From a virus, in the IMG/VR virus record IMGVR_UViG_3300027969_000063, positions 41,517-105,516 of that record: 64,000 nt of DNA; one strand, given 5' to 3'. The position numbers and the translations under genes were made by a program. The first letter of the stretch is position 1. Every line of letters starts with the position of its first letter. The notes below the pieces were generated by a model. It worked only from the letters and a program-made list of their open reading frames with translations. It did no database searches and was not told the DNA's origin. Below, piece after piece: positions 16,239-26,611 of the stretch.

Positions 16239-17950
16239 TGTGCTATCCTACTAAAGTTATTATGTTTCTCGAATTTAATAATGGATCTAAACTTATCAAA
16301 CAGTTGGTCTCCTTTGTGTGAGATAACAAACACATTGGTGTCGGTTCCCATCTCATGAAGCAACTTTAAGAATTCTTCTGTACCAACACCGTCTAATGAT
16401 GAATCAAATACCTCATCTAGAATTAATAGATTGGTATTGGTGGAGTTCTTCAACTTGGCAATCTGACGCCATGTAAACAATAAGGCCAAGTCAATACGCA
16501 TTTTTTCACCTTCTGAAAAGTTAGCATAAGAGAACTCATCACGGTGCCTACTTTTAATTGTTTCTTCAAACGATTCATTGATATTAAAGTTTACAAAGAA
16601 ATCCATGGCAGTCAAATACTTATTAATTAACTTATTCATAATAGGTAAGTATTGACGAATAATCTTGGTCTTAATACCAGTATCTTTTAATAGATTTCCA
16701 GCAAACTCATAATACTGCTTCTCTACTGATAGTTCTTCCATCTTGCTGAGCAACACGGACAACTGTTGTTTGAGTTCCTTAAGCTTCTGATTTTCTTCCT
16801 CAACAGTATCTTTACCAATCGATAACTCATCGATTTCTTTTTGTAATTTAGTAACATAAGCATTAATTGCCGATATCGTGGAATTATGTTTAACAATTTC
16901 ATTATTATGTCCAGAAATGTGTTTGTTGATATTAATAATTTCTTCTATTCGTTGGTTTGTTTTAGCAATCTCCGCTGAGATTTCCGTAAGGCCTTCCCGT
17001 TGAGTAACGACTTTGGATTTTCTTTCGCTGACTTGTTCTGACTTGAAGTCTCCTTCAATGGTTTGTTTACAGGTTGGGCAGTTGTCGTGTTCTTCATAGA
17101 AAGCAATGTCCTTTTCATTTTTCTTAATGTTGGTTTCAATCTTTGATTCTAGTTGTAACAACTTCTTACTCTTCTTTTCCACAGAAAGTTTATCTTCAAT
17201 CTTTCTTTGTAGTACATCAATGTGTTTTTGGATTAAATCCACATCTCGTTTGAGTGTAAAGATTTGGTCTATGCTATCAGCAATTTCTTTTCGTTTCTTA
17301 CCAATCTCTTCGTCACTTCTATTCTTGTGGTCCTCAATACTTTGTTTTTGGAAATTAATTCTTTCAGATGTCAAGTCCATCTCATGTTTACTTTTAACCG
17401 AGAGGTCTTTAATTTCTGCCATCTTCTCTTTAACAACACCATTCATTGAGGAGAAGATATTAATATCCAATAAGTCCTCAATAATTGCCCTACGATCCGC
17501 AGGAGTTAATTGCATAAATGGAACAAACGATGCAGAACCTAATATAACAACTTGAGTAAAGGATTTAAAATTTATTTTGAGAATGAACTTCTCTAAGAAC
17601 TCTTGATAGTCCTTTGCTTTGGCATCTTGGTCTAGTAGTTTATCACCAAGGTACACTTCAAATACATTTGGTTTAATACCACGAATAACCTTATAGTTCT
17701 TTTGGCCAATGGCAAATTCAATCTCCACAACACAAGCTTGTTGGTTGATAGAGTTTAATAACTGTGGTTTGTTTATCTTACGAAATGGTTTACCAAAAAG
17801 ACCAAAGCACAAAGCATCCAGAATTGTGGACTTGCCTGCACCATTATGGCCAATGATTAGTGTATTGGGTGACTTCTGAAAATTAATTTCTGTAAAGGTG
17901 TTACCTGTTGATAAGAAATTCTTCCAACGGACTTTCTGGAATATAATCAT
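16235..17950 (-). CDS. gp46: Rad50/SbcC-like recombination ATPase (gp46)
   Basis: GHNGAGKS, CPTC zinc hook, FSEGEKMR, LILDE. Confidence 0.97.
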   Translation of the reverse strand: MIIFQKVRWKNFLSTGNTFTEINFQKSPNTLIIGHNGAGKSTILDALCFGLFGKPFRKINKPQLLNSINQQACVVEIEFAIGQKNYKVIRGIKPNVFEVYLGDKLLDQDAKAKDYQEFLEKFILKINFKSFTQVVILGSASFVPFMQLTPADRRAIIEDLLDINIFSSMNGVVKEKMAEIKDLSVKSKHEMDLTSERINFQKQSIEDHKNRSDEEIGKKRKEIADSIDQIFTLKRDVDLIQKHIDVLQRKIEDKLSVEKKSKKLLQLESKIETNIKKNEKDIAFYEEHDNCPTCKQTIEGDFKSEQVSERKSKVVTQREGLTEISAEIAKTNQRIEEIININKHISGHNNEIVKHNSTISAINAYVTKLQKEIDELSIGKDTVEEENQKLKELKQQLSVLLSKMEELSVEKQYYEFAGNLLKDTGIKTKIIRQYLPIMNKLINKYLTAMDFFVNFNINESFEETIKSRHRDEFSYANFSEGEKMRIDLALLFTWRQIAKLKNSTNTNLLILDEVFDSSLDGVGTEEFLKLLHEMGTDTNVFVISHKGDQLFDKFRSIIKFEKHNNFSRIAQ

Positions 17951-18168
17951 TTATTAAAGTGGTCTTTGATCGCTTCACATACCAGAACTTTACCATCATA
18001 AGATTCAGAAAGTCCTGAATGTTCTAATGTGTGTTTTCTAGCCACATCCATACAGGTATTAATAATCAATTCCGCAAAGAATTCAATTTCTTTATCGGTC
18101 ACTTCACGATTGTCATATGCAATGTATAATCCAGACCTCTCAACCAATTCTCTAATTTTATTATTCAT
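17947..18168 (-). CDS. Hypothetical protein
   Basis: Coupled ORF between gp47 and gp46. Confidence 0.65.
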   Translation of the reverse strand: MNNKIRELVERSGLYIAYDNREVTDKEIEFFAELIINTCMDVARKHTLEHSGLSESYDGKVLVCEAIKDHFNK

Positions 18169-19241
18169 GCTTGCTCCTGATTCAATGCCTCAATATACAG
18201 TTCTTTTAATACCGTTTTGAGTTTGTCATTATCAATATGTTCTTCTTTAATACCATCCACAAACTTGTTAATAATCGTGATAGTATCTTCAGCTTCATTA
18301 ATCATATCATCATCCACGCCTTCTGTCAAGTCAGCAAAGTCTTCCGCAATGGTAATATCGACTGGATTGACCTTGTATAATTTGTCCATGAACCGGTCAA
18401 ATAGATGTGGATTGATCTTGTTCACTACCACAACTTTCACATATGTTCCGGTATACTTTTCTAAATCTTTGGCTAACATCTCGGAAATGGTGGTTTCTTT
18501 ATCATCATATGTAATACGATGAAACATTACGTTGGGGTTCTCAATAAATTCCAAATCAAGAGAACTAAGATCAAACAAATGAAAGCCCCTCGGATCATTA
18601 TAATCCTGCCAGGTGAGTTCGTAAGGATTACCAAGATAACGGATATTATCCTGATTTGAACGATGATGATAGTGACCTGAAAAAACAGTATCAAACTTTT
18701 TAAATAATCCACGGTCTAGTCCTTCTTGTGATGGCATACCACGATGCATGGCAAAGCCGGCAATTTCAAGATGTCCCATACAAATATTAGCATCGGTATC
18801 AGACAATACAAAAATTGAATCGTCATAATTTTCTGGACAAATCCAAGGTATCATGCAAATAGGATATTTTTCATTGTCTAACCAAATTGTAGTTGGTTCA
18901 TCAATTACGGAAATGTTATTATATTCTTTTAATAGTAAACGTACCGAATTAACTTCATTGGTATTTTTGAAATAGGTATCATGATTACCTGCCAACATAT
19001 GAACTTGAATGTTCCTTTTGGCCAATTCATCAAAGAACATCTCCTTGGTTCGTTTTAAGGAGTAAAAGTTTACATACTTACGGCGGTCAAAAGTGTCCCC
19101 AAGTATGAGAACAGTATTAATACCATTACTGTCAAGAGTAGGAAAGAATGTATCTTTATAGAACTTCTCATAGTAATCCAAAAAGTGGGGTGAATCGTTT
19201 CTAGCTCCGAAGTGCTGATCTGTTATTACTGCTATCTTCAT
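18165..19241 (-). CDS. gp47: Mre11/SbcD-like nuclease (gp47)
   Basis: DQHFG, GDTFD, GNHD, SGHYH. Confidence 0.96.
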   Translation of the reverse strand: MKIAVITDQHFGARNDSPHFLDYYEKFYKDTFFPTLDSNGINTVLILGDTFDRRKYVNFYSLKRTKEMFFDELAKRNIQVHMLAGNHDTYFKNTNEVNSVRLLLKEYNNISVIDEPTTIWLDNEKYPICMIPWICPENYDDSIFVLSDTDANICMGHLEIAGFAMHRGMPSQEGLDRGLFKKFDTVFSGHYHHRSNQDNIRYLGNPYELTWQDYNDPRGFHLFDLSSLDLEFIENPNVMFHRITYDDKETTISEMLAKDLEKYTGTYVKVVVVNKINPHLFDRFMDKLYKVNPVDITIAEDFADLTEGVDDDMINEAEDTITIINKFVDGIKEEHIDNDKLKTVLKELYIEALNQEQA

Positions 19242-19368
19242 GTAGTTTAATCTCAATTACGCTGTTAATGGGACTCGAATTAGAAAACAAAGTGGCTTCA
19301 AACAAAGTTTTAAAAAATTTATAACTAACGGTTGAAGAACCATTTAAATAATAAGATACTCTGTACAT
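19201..19368 (-). CDS. 55-aa hypothetical protein
   Basis: MYRVSYYLNGSS...; AGGAG upstream; fills the gp55-gp47 gap. Confidence 0.45.
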   Translation of the reverse strand: MYRVSYYLNGSSTVSYKFFKTLFEATLFSNSSPINSVIEIKLHEDSSNNRSALRS

Positions 19369-19372
19369 TATA

Positions 19373-19930
19373 TCATTCTCCTAAGAATTTTTCAATACCT
19401 TTTGGTTTCTTTACCTCTTTTTTCTTTTCTTTGGCTTCCTCATAGTTCTCAATAAATTCTGCAATGTTATCATAGAGTTCGAACTGTTTAGAGGTACCAT
19501 CTTCAAACTCCATTAGTTCCATTTCATCAAGTATGCCCATTTGCTGTGTGGCTTTATACTTCACATATAACTGTTTCTTCTCTTTTTGGATCCTACGCAG
19601 AAAGGCATAGTAAATAATTTGAGTAAAGTAAGCAAAAGGGTTTTTGGATTTGGTAGGATCAAAGTTGCTAAAATACATTAAACAGTTTTCAATACCATCC
19701 GATATCATTTCATCACGGTAAGTATAGTTAATGAAATTGGGTTTATGTGATAGACCTTCTGCTATCTTCATGAAGCACTCACCAATATAGTTTGGAATAG
19801 GAGGAGGTGTAGTTTTATTCTTCTTAGCTTCTTTGGATTTTTCTTGATAGTCCATCAAAGCTTGTAGAAAGTCCCCATTATTGACATATTGTTTAGGTTT
19901 CTTTGGTGCTTTAGGTGCTGGTGTATTCAT
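19373..19930 (-). CDS. gp55: Late-transcription sigma factor (gp55)
   Basis: YVNN, IAEGLSHKPNFINYTYRDEMISDG, NPFAYFTQI. Confidence 0.96.
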   Translation of the reverse strand: MNTPAPKAPKKPKQYVNNGDFLQALMDYQEKSKEAKKNKTTPPPIPNYIGECFMKIAEGLSHKPNFINYTYRDEMISDGIENCLMYFSNFDPTKSKNPFAYFTQIIYYAFLRRIQKEKKQLYVKYKATQQMGILDEMELMEFEDGTSKQFELYDNIAEFIENYEEAKEKKKEVKKPKGIEKFLGE

Positions 19931-19948
19931 ATTTACCACATAATGTTA

Positions 19949-19977
19949 TTGACATGTGCTTGACAAGTGTGTATAGT
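19949..19977 (+). promoter_or_regulatory. Antisense-oriented sigma70-type promoter
   Basis: TTGACA-N17-TATAGT on the + strand, with no + strand gene downstream. Confidence 0.55.
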
Positions 19978-20012
19978 CGAGTATGTCCTTGGTTGAAAGT
20001 AATAAAGGATCA

Positions 20013-20393
20013 TTAATGTATGTTATGTCCATCGTATTTTAATTCGTCTAATGCTTCCATAATATCTAGGGATTCTATATCATCTAAATCGTCCATGATA
20101 TCTCTTGCCTTAAGCAGCTTCTTAATTTTTTCCACAGAGTTGACATAGAACTCACAGAGGTCGTCAAGTGGTTCAAACACACACATAATATCTTTAGTTG
20201 ATATTACCGCTTCATTCTTCTTCAACAACTGTACCGGCAACCAGTGATTCATTATCAATCCAGATTCATTATTTTTAAATTGTATTCCAACTGTCATAGG
20301 CTCACATATAGTGAACTGGTCATCATCTTGACTAATCACGGTACCAACAATATCTTCACCATTCTGTAAGCGAACTATTTTAATATTATCCAT
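20013..20393 (-). CDS. Conserved T4-like hypothetical protein, probable Sm-like fold
   Basis: IVRLQNGEDIVG, WLP; between uvsW and gp55. Confidence 0.7.
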   Translation of the reverse strand: MDNIKIVRLQNGEDIVGTVISQDDDQFTICEPMTVGIQFKNNESGLIMNHWLPVQLLKKNEAVISTKDIMCVFEPLDDLCEFYVNSVEKIKKLLKARDIMDDLDDIESLDIMEALDELKYDGHNIH

Positions 20394-21882
20394 TTTTTAG
20401 TCCAATCTTGTATATTTTAAATGGGAACTTCTCTTCATTATATATCTTAGTCCTATCCACAAAATGTTTCAAAGTAAAATTCATGTGTTTTCCAACACGG
20501 AGGTCATCAGATATATCATAGAGTGTGGCTATTTCTTTGCCATCACTTTGTCGTAAGCCTCGTCCAATGCTTTGCAGAGTTCGAATGCTCGATTTTGTTG
20601 GCATTGCAAATATAATGTTATGCAGGTTCCTAATATTAATTCCAGTACTAAAAGTACCAAAACTAGCCACAATAATAGCATCTTGTTCTATCTCCATAAT
20701 TCTTCTAACTTCTTCACGGTCTGATGTATCTACACCACCATGAATAAAGAAAACTTTTCTGTTGCCAATCTTCTCTGTATCCTTTATCATATCATACAGG
20801 ATCTTGCCATGTTTGTCAACCATTTGATATAGTACCAGAGTATTTTTGCCTAAGCTAACTGCAAGATTCTTAACGAATTTATTTCTTGCCTCATGCGATA
20901 TCAAGTAACCAATCTCTTCAGCATATGTCATACCTTTAACTGCCTTAGATTCTTCATTGGTATGTTTTAATACAAGACATTTAATTTCAAAGTTAGATAG
21001 CTGGTCTTTGTCGATCAGTTCTTTTGTGGAGATTACCTTCTTAACTGGACCAAACAAACCTTCTAATACTAATTTGTGTGTCTTGGTACCATCTAAGGTA
21101 CCCGTAAGGCCAATACGGTATTTGGCATTAGTACAAGAAGTAAGAATAGTAGTAAGTGATTGTGCTTTAAAGTTATGTGCCTCATCACCAATTACATAAT
21201 CAAACTGTTCAAAATATTCTTTTGGCATTTTATACAAGGACTGCCAAGTGGATATTGTCAACGGTTTGTCTGTGGTCTTTTCTTTACCTTGATAGATTCG
21301 GTGTAAATGTTCTTCCATACTACCATCATTGTAATCACCAAAGTCGGAGAATAACTGTTCCACCAAAGATGTAGTTGGAACAATAACAAGGCCTTTTAAG
21401 TTTTGGTATTTCCAAAGTTGTCTAAAGATGAGGTAGATAATAAGGGATTTACCTGAAGCTGTTGGAGATAATAGTAACGCTCTTCGCTTCTGCATTGCAT
21501 GAACATAGGCATTGATTTGGTGTTCTCTAACTTCAATTGGTTCGCCACGAGCATGTGGGTTAATTTCTGAGATAAATTTCTTTGCATGGTATATCGAGTA
21601 TTCACTTTCTATATCTAAATCATTTTGACATTCATATGTGTAACCTCTTGATTCACAAAACTGTTGGATATAATCCAATAGACCCAAATACAACTGTGAT
21701 GTTTGTAAGTTGTATAATCTTATTTTGCCATCCCAAATTTTATTTCGGAATGCTGGAACAAATTGGTAACCAGGAACAAAGAACGTAAAAAACTCCGATA
21801 ACTCTCGAGCAATATGCTTCTCGCAAGTTATCTTGGCATATACTTCATCCTTTTTGGAGATTATTATATTACTGTCCGCCAA
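20386..21882 (-). CDS. uvsW: UvsW SF2 DNA helicase
   Basis: PTASGKS, DEAH, TGT, QSIGRGLR; TTG start inferred. Confidence 0.95.
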   Translation of the reverse strand: MADSNIIISKKDEVYAKITCEKHIARELSEFFTFFVPGYQFVPAFRNKIWDGKIRLYNLQTSQLYLGLLDYIQQFCESRGYTYECQNDLDIESEYSIYHAKKFISEINPHARGEPIEVREHQINAYVHAMQKRRALLLSPTASGKSLIIYLIFRQLWKYQNLKGLVIVPTTSLVEQLFSDFGDYNDGSMEEHLHRIYQGKEKTTDKPLTISTWQSLYKMPKEYFEQFDYVIGDEAHNFKAQSLTTILTSCTNAKYRIGLTGTLDGTKTHKLVLEGLFGPVKKVISTKELIDKDQLSNFEIKCLVLKHTNEESKAVKGMTYAEEIGYLISHEARNKFVKNLAVSLGKNTLVLYQMVDKHGKILYDMIKDTEKIGNRKVFFIHGGVDTSDREEVRRIMEIEQDAIIVASFGTFSTGINIRNLHNIIFAMPTKSSIRTLQSIGRGLRQSDGKEIATLYDISDDLRVGKHMNFTLKHFVDRTKIYNEEKFPFKIYKIGLKNG

Positions 21883-22303
21883 TGAACTTTTCCCATCCAA
21901 TAAAATCACGCAACTGCCAAGTTCTTTGTTTTAATTCATTCATAATAGATTCGATCACAGATACCGTTTCTTCATGATATACTTTCTTTTCTAACATACG
22001 AATAAGGTCATCATCACCTTCCAAGTAAGCATTGATATCCGATTTCAAAACAAACTGAAACGGTTCCCATCCATGTTCTTTTAACTCATCGGCATCCATA
22101 CGGCCAGAATAATAGTTAATCTTTACCTTACGCATACGCAAATAATCAAAGTGTGCCTTTTTAGAGGCAATCTTATGTTTGGTAAGAATGGAGAGGTACT
22201 TGTTGTGTAGAGTGGGTATCTTGATGAGTTCTTTACCAGGTTCGGTTTGGTCCATCTCTGCATCTTTTTCCCAATACTTTAATACTTGTTCTAAGTTTTC
22301 CAT
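21869..22303 (-). CDS. uvsY: UvsY recombination mediator
   Basis: IPTLHNKY, YYSG, LKSDINAYLEGD; synteny. Confidence 0.9.
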   Translation of the reverse strand: MENLEQVLKYWEKDAEMDQTEPGKELIKIPTLHNKYLSILTKHKIASKKAHFDYLRMRKVKINYYSGRMDADELKEHGWEPFQFVLKSDINAYLEGDDDLIRMLEKKVYHEETVSVIESIMNELKQRTWQLRDFIGWEKFIGGQ

Positions 22304-22333
22304 AATATAATAAAAAAGTTATCCTAAACCTGT

Positions 22334-22362
22334 ATAATATCACATATACATTACGTTGTCAA
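22334..22362 (-). promoter_or_regulatory. Sigma70-type promoter for uvsY-uvsW
   Basis: TTGACA-N17-TATTAT. Confidence 0.7.
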
Positions 22363-22365
22363 TAC

Positions 22366-22896
22366 TTAAACACTTTCAAATTCAAAATAATCAAATATAA
22401 AAGTGGCATCTGCCGTCATGATGTCATCTGCCGATTGAGAACTATCAAAAATAATATCCGATAGACTAATTGGGAACATGTTAATTAATTTAACTCTCAA
22501 TATGGGGTTGTTTAACGATGATAACACCGTAAGGGTACCATCGGAGTAATACTTTAAATTGGTATTCTTGCCAACATTTTGTACATCAGTTAACCTTTTT
22601 CTCTCCTCAAAATTGACTGGAGATGCGATGGAACGGAACCAGTTATGGATATGGCGCCATCCTTCTACCGATTCATCCAGCAGGAAATGAACGTTGAAAG
22701 GGTTATAGGTTATCTTATTACCAGGAGCAAAGTAATCTAATAGTGGACTACTAATAGGAGCTTGACCCAAGTTAATACCAGGTAAGTTTACCGATTGGCA
22801 AAAGAATTGGGATGTACCAATCCTATCAAACGTCAATATAAACTTGGTCGGTTGAAGTAGGTTGGTGTTCTGAGGGGTTCTGTTAAATGCTGTCAT
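22366..22896 (-). CDS. gp3: Tail tube terminator / tail completion protein (gp3)
   Basis: NLLQPTKF, FFCQSVNLPG, FPISLS; CATAAATA late promoter at 22902-22909. Confidence 0.85.
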   Translation of the reverse strand: MTAFNRTPQNTNLLQPTKFILTFDRIGTSQFFCQSVNLPGINLGQAPISSPLLDYFAPGNKITYNPFNVHFLLDESVEGWRHIHNWFRSIASPVNFEERKRLTDVQNVGKNTNLKYYSDGTLTVLSSLNNPILRVKLINMFPISLSDIIFDSSQSADDIMTADATFIFDYFEFESV

Positions 22897-22914
22897 ACTA
22901 GTATTTATGTAGCC

Positions 22915-22943
22915 AAAAAAAAGACCACCCGAAGGTGGTCTTT
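22915..22943 (-). terminator. Rho-independent terminator after gp23
   Basis: AAAGACCACC-TTCG-GGTGGTCTTT followed by a T run. Confidence 0.9.
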
Positions 22944-22969
22944 CAAATATCACTCTACGGTGATTTTTA

Positions 22970-24298
22970 TTACATCAAGTTTGCAACTTTGAAAATGCGA
23001 TAGTACTTGTTAGTACGAGCATTCATACGACCGTTACCAACAGTAATACCTTCTGCGAATGGGTTTGCGACCATTCCATAACGTGTCTTAAAGCCAATCT
23101 TAGGTTGGAATGTGTACTGATCTACTGCACGAACCATTTGTAATGGAACGTATGGGCAATAGAACAAGCCAGCATCGTAAGGGCTAGAACCTTTGTAACC
23201 GATAGTTACGAGTTCTTGGTTAGATGTATATCCACCAAAATACGGGTCAATATAAACCTTCATACGACCATGTAACAAACCAGCAAAAGTATTGCCTGTG
23301 TCATCTACTTGCAAATCAGTTTGGAGAGCAGGAGTATATTGTAATACACCAGCCATTGCCATTGCTGAAGCAACGTCAGAAGATACGATCAATACATTAC
23401 CTTTTCCACGGCGAGTCTGCTTAGCAATTACGTTAGCATCACGCTCGATTTGGAAAATTAGACCTTTGAAACGCTCAACTGACCAACGGCCGTTAGAGTC
23501 TGTATCTAAGTCAAATGTACCAGCGTTTGTTGTACCATACTGAGCACCTACAACAGCAGTTGCGTAGATTGTACGGATAACTTCACGGTTGATCTCAGCA
23601 AGGATTTCTGTTGAAAGAATGTTGCTCAATTCTGTTTCAGCGTCAAGACCATGGATTGCTTTCAAGTCTTGTGCTAATTCGAGTGAGTACTCAGCTTTCA
23701 AAGCACGGCTTTGAGCAGTTACAGTAACTTTCTCAATAGAGAATGCCATCTGTGCAAATGCTGTGTTGCCATCAGAACCCAAGAATTCAGCAGTAGCTGT
23801 TGGGATACCTAGACCGCTTGTGAAAGCGTTAGCAGAGAAAGAGTTAACAGGGTTTACTGAAACGTCAGCGGCTGTATTACCACCAAAACCATAGATGTTA
23901 GTGGCAGAACCTTGGCCAGTAAACATTGTGTTGGCTTCGTTGAAGAATGCCTCATCGCCACCTTGGTTAACATACTTAGCACGCATTGCAAAAATCAAAC
24001 CGGTAGGACCAGTCATTGGCTGAACGCCAGCAACGTCATAAGCGATTAGATTTGGTAGAGCACGGCGAACCAAAGAGATCAAGATTGGATCAAAGTTTTG
24101 AATAGCAGATCCAGTAACGTTTGTAGGACCGTCAGAGGAGGTTTCGTTCAAAGCTTGACGATCTTGTGTCATAGCTTGTTGTTGATTTTCCAAAACAAGG
24201 GCTGTAACAGCACGCTTGTATGGGTCTTTAATGGCTTCTAATTCTGGATGCTCCAGAACTGGTGCCCACTTAGTTTGTAGTTCTTCAGTTAAATACAT
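22970..24298 (-). CDS. gp23: Major capsid protein (gp23)
   Basis: KWAPVL, GVQPMTGPTGLIFAMR, SRALKAEYS, FQPKIGFKTRYG. Confidence 0.98.
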   Translation of the reverse strand: MYLTEELQTKWAPVLEHPELEAIKDPYKRAVTALVLENQQQAMTQDRQALNETSSDGPTNVTGSAIQNFDPILISLVRRALPNLIAYDVAGVQPMTGPTGLIFAMRAKYVNQGGDEAFFNEANTMFTGQGSATNIYGFGGNTAADVSVNPVNSFSANAFTSGLGIPTATAEFLGSDGNTAFAQMAFSIEKVTVTAQSRALKAEYSLELAQDLKAIHGLDAETELSNILSTEILAEINREVIRTIYATAVVGAQYGTTNAGTFDLDTDSNGRWSVERFKGLIFQIERDANVIAKQTRRGKGNVLIVSSDVASAMAMAGVLQYTPALQTDLQVDDTGNTFAGLLHGRMKVYIDPYFGGYTSNQELVTIGYKGSSPYDAGLFYCPYVPLQMVRAVDQYTFQPKIGFKTRYGMVANPFAEGITVGNGRMNARTNKYYRIFKVANLM

Positions 24299-24328
24299 TT
24301 TAGTATCCTTTGTTGTTATTATTATGGC

Positions 24329-25516
24329 TTACTTAGCCAAGTTTTTTGAAATTACATTAGCATACTGTTCCATTAAAGGATCAGAAGATTTAGAAACCTT
24401 CTTTTCTTCTTCAATTTCTACAGTATCATCTAAAGCAGAACTGTCGGCAACTTTAACATCGGACTTGAAATATGATTCTTTCAAAGTTTCGACTTTAGTA
24501 GCAAACTCTTCCTCTGTGGTAAACTCTACGTTCTCTGCGAGCGATTTCAATTTCTCCACTTGGGTCTGCGATAGGCCTTCACACGCTGTGTAGATTGCCT
24601 CAATTTTTTTCTGTTCGTTAAGTGCTTTAGCCAACTCAACGCCTTTGCTGATTTGCTCATTTAAAGAAGCTTCGAGTTCTTCTACCTTGGTTGCCAACTC
24701 TTCAACAACATCAACCTTGTCGGTAGGAATATCGATGTAATGCTCTTCGAACAAACTTTTTAATCCAGTAATAAAATCTTCTACGATTTCGGCACGGAGA
24801 CCTTTTTCGATAGCGATTTCGTTATCTTTCATCCACTCTTCAACCATGTAGTTGAGGTAGTCGTCCACTTTAGCAGCCAAATCTTCTTTAATTTCTTCGA
24901 CAGCGGCATGGAACTGTTCTGTGAGTTCTGCTTCAATTTCTTCAGCAACTTCTTCAGCACGAGCAATAACTGCAGCTTCAAAAATTGTGGTAGCTTTAGC
25001 AGTGAACTCTTCAGAAAGATTTTCGCCAGACAACAGAGCGTCAATATCTTCCTTCATTTTTGCCTTAGACATAGCTTTCTTAATCATGGCTTTATCTTGA
25101 GCAGCATCTTCGTGACCTTCTTTTTCTTCGGCAACAACTTCATCACCTTCAACTTCGGTCTCTTCGTACTGCTGAATACCAACACCACCTTTATTTGGTT
25201 TCATCATTTGCTTACCTGGCTTTCCTTCTGGTTGTTCTACTGAACCAGACTGAGCAGGCTGGCCAGTGAGTTTTTTAGCTGGCTCAGAACCTACAGGAGG
25301 TGTTGCACCTGGAGCGGTAGCTGTTGGCGTACCTCTAGTTGCATCTGGACCAGAGTCAGTTGTTTTGGTAACTTGAGTACCAATGTCACCTGCGTCTTTT
25401 GTACCGTAGGCAACATCACCACTTAGTTTTGCTGGTTTATCTTGACCACTTTTCTTACTAGCGACAGAGCCTGAAAGAATTTCTTTAGCGGCTTCGGACA
25501 GATTAAATTTTCCCAT
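24329..25516 (-). CDS. gp22: Prohead core scaffold (gp22)
   Basis: Acidic coiled coil, IFEAAV, VDDYLNY..EEW; TATAAATA at 25545-25552. Confidence 0.92.
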   Translation of the reverse strand: MGKFNLSEAAKEILSGSVASKKSGQDKPAKLSGDVAYGTKDAGDIGTQVTKTTDSGPDATRGTPTATAPGATPPVGSEPAKKLTGQPAQSGSVEQPEGKPGKQMMKPNKGGVGIQQYEETEVEGDEVVAEEKEGHEDAAQDKAMIKKAMSKAKMKEDIDALLSGENLSEEFTAKATTIFEAAVIARAEEVAEEIEAELTEQFHAAVEEIKEDLAAKVDDYLNYMVEEWMKDNEIAIEKGLRAEIVEDFITGLKSLFEEHYIDIPTDKVDVVEELATKVEELEASLNEQISKGVELAKALNEQKKIEAIYTACEGLSQTQVEKLKSLAENVEFTTEEEFATKVETLKESYFKSDVKVADSSALDDTVEIEEEKKVSKSSDPLMEQYANVISKNLAK

Positions 25517-25544
25517 TTTGAAAATCTCCTTGATTTATATTGGA

Positions 25545-25552
25545 TATTTATA
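25545..25552 (-). promoter_or_regulatory. T4-type late promoter
   Basis: TATAAATA upstream of gp22. Confidence 0.8.
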
Positions 25553-25553
25553 T

Positions 25554-26198
25554 TTAAAGTTTTTTGAAGAAGTTCTCAAAAATGCGTAGACTTACTTCCT
25601 CGATCTCCCCTCTGGTTGCCTTGCGGATTTGACCCACGGCCTCAGAGTAATCTTGTTCGGTCCATACACCATTGACTAACATCCATTCTTTACCCTCCAT
25701 GATACCTTGTACAAAAGCACCAGGCGCTGAAGGGTCTGCTACAATATCTGCCGCTGTGGCTAGATAGAAATCGGGTTGTACAACGTTAACACCGTTAACA
25801 TTTTTTAGTGAACCCATGCCTCTTGAAGATACTCCTAATTGTGCACCACCTTCAATAAGACTTTTGGCGATGTTGCCCATAGGCGTATCTAAAATTTTTG
25901 CTTTACCGATCCATTGTTGACCATCTTCTTTTAAGGCGGTGATCATATGTGATACACGGTCAAGATTGATACTTGGTGATTCTGGATGACCTAACTCTCC
26001 AAAAGCACGATGTTTATTGATGTACTCTTCTGTATACCGAGCAACTTCTTTTCTCATGGTATTGAACTCATACAAACGGCCGTTACGGTTCTTTTTTTCG
26101 GAAACCAAAAATGGCCCCTCGATGTGTAAAGACTTCTTACCATCGGATTCTTCAACCAAGTAACTTACGGTTTCATTAATTTCTTTAATGAGTTTCAT
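25554..26198 (-). CDS. gp21: Prohead protease (gp21)
   Basis: NRNGRLY, GELGHP, GVSSRGMGS, DIVADPSAP. Confidence 0.96.
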   Translation of the reverse strand: MKLIKEINETVSYLVEESDGKKSLHIEGPFLVSEKKNRNGRLYEFNTMRKEVARYTEEYINKHRAFGELGHPESPSINLDRVSHMITALKEDGQQWIGKAKILDTPMGNIAKSLIEGGAQLGVSSRGMGSLKNVNGVNVVQPDFYLATAADIVADPSAPGAFVQGIMEGKEWMLVNGVWTEQDYSEAVGQIRKATRGEIEEVSLRIFENFFKKL

Positions 26199-26611
26199 AA
26201 TCCCATTGCCCTTCTTTTCCTTAACGACATAATTCTCTTTCTAAGAGATTGTCCTAATTTAGCACGCCTTTTAGTTTTAGAACGTCTAGCACCCATTTTA
26301 CGGTTTCTACGCTCAATAGGTGACATGCGTGTCATTTTGCCACCTCTAATTGTCCAACCTTTTACAGCAGAAAGTTTCTTCCTACGTTGAATCTTTCCTT
26401 TTCTAATTCTTACTCGAAAGGTCTTAGTTCTACCAATCTTCATTACATTTCTTACCGCTTCAGATATATTGCTAGTTTCAAACATCTCTGACGCCAAACG
26501 CAATTTCATTTGGTTGAGTTTTTGGTCAACCAAATCATTTAAATATTGATCTAAAACTTCTTTACTTTCTACCAGTTGGTTGTTAAGAAGTTTGTCAATA
26601 AAACCATCCAT
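26195..26611 (-). CDS. Prohead core protein (gp68-like)
   Basis: Highly basic C-terminus ending RKRRAMGL; position before gp21. Confidence 0.7.
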   Translation of the reverse strand: MDGFIDKLLNNQLVESKEVLDQYLNDLVDQKLNQMKLRLASEMFETSNISEAVRNVMKIGRTKTFRVRIRKGKIQRRKKLSAVKGWTIRGGKMTRMSPIERRNRKMGARRSKTKRRAKLGQSLRKRIMSLRKRRAMGL

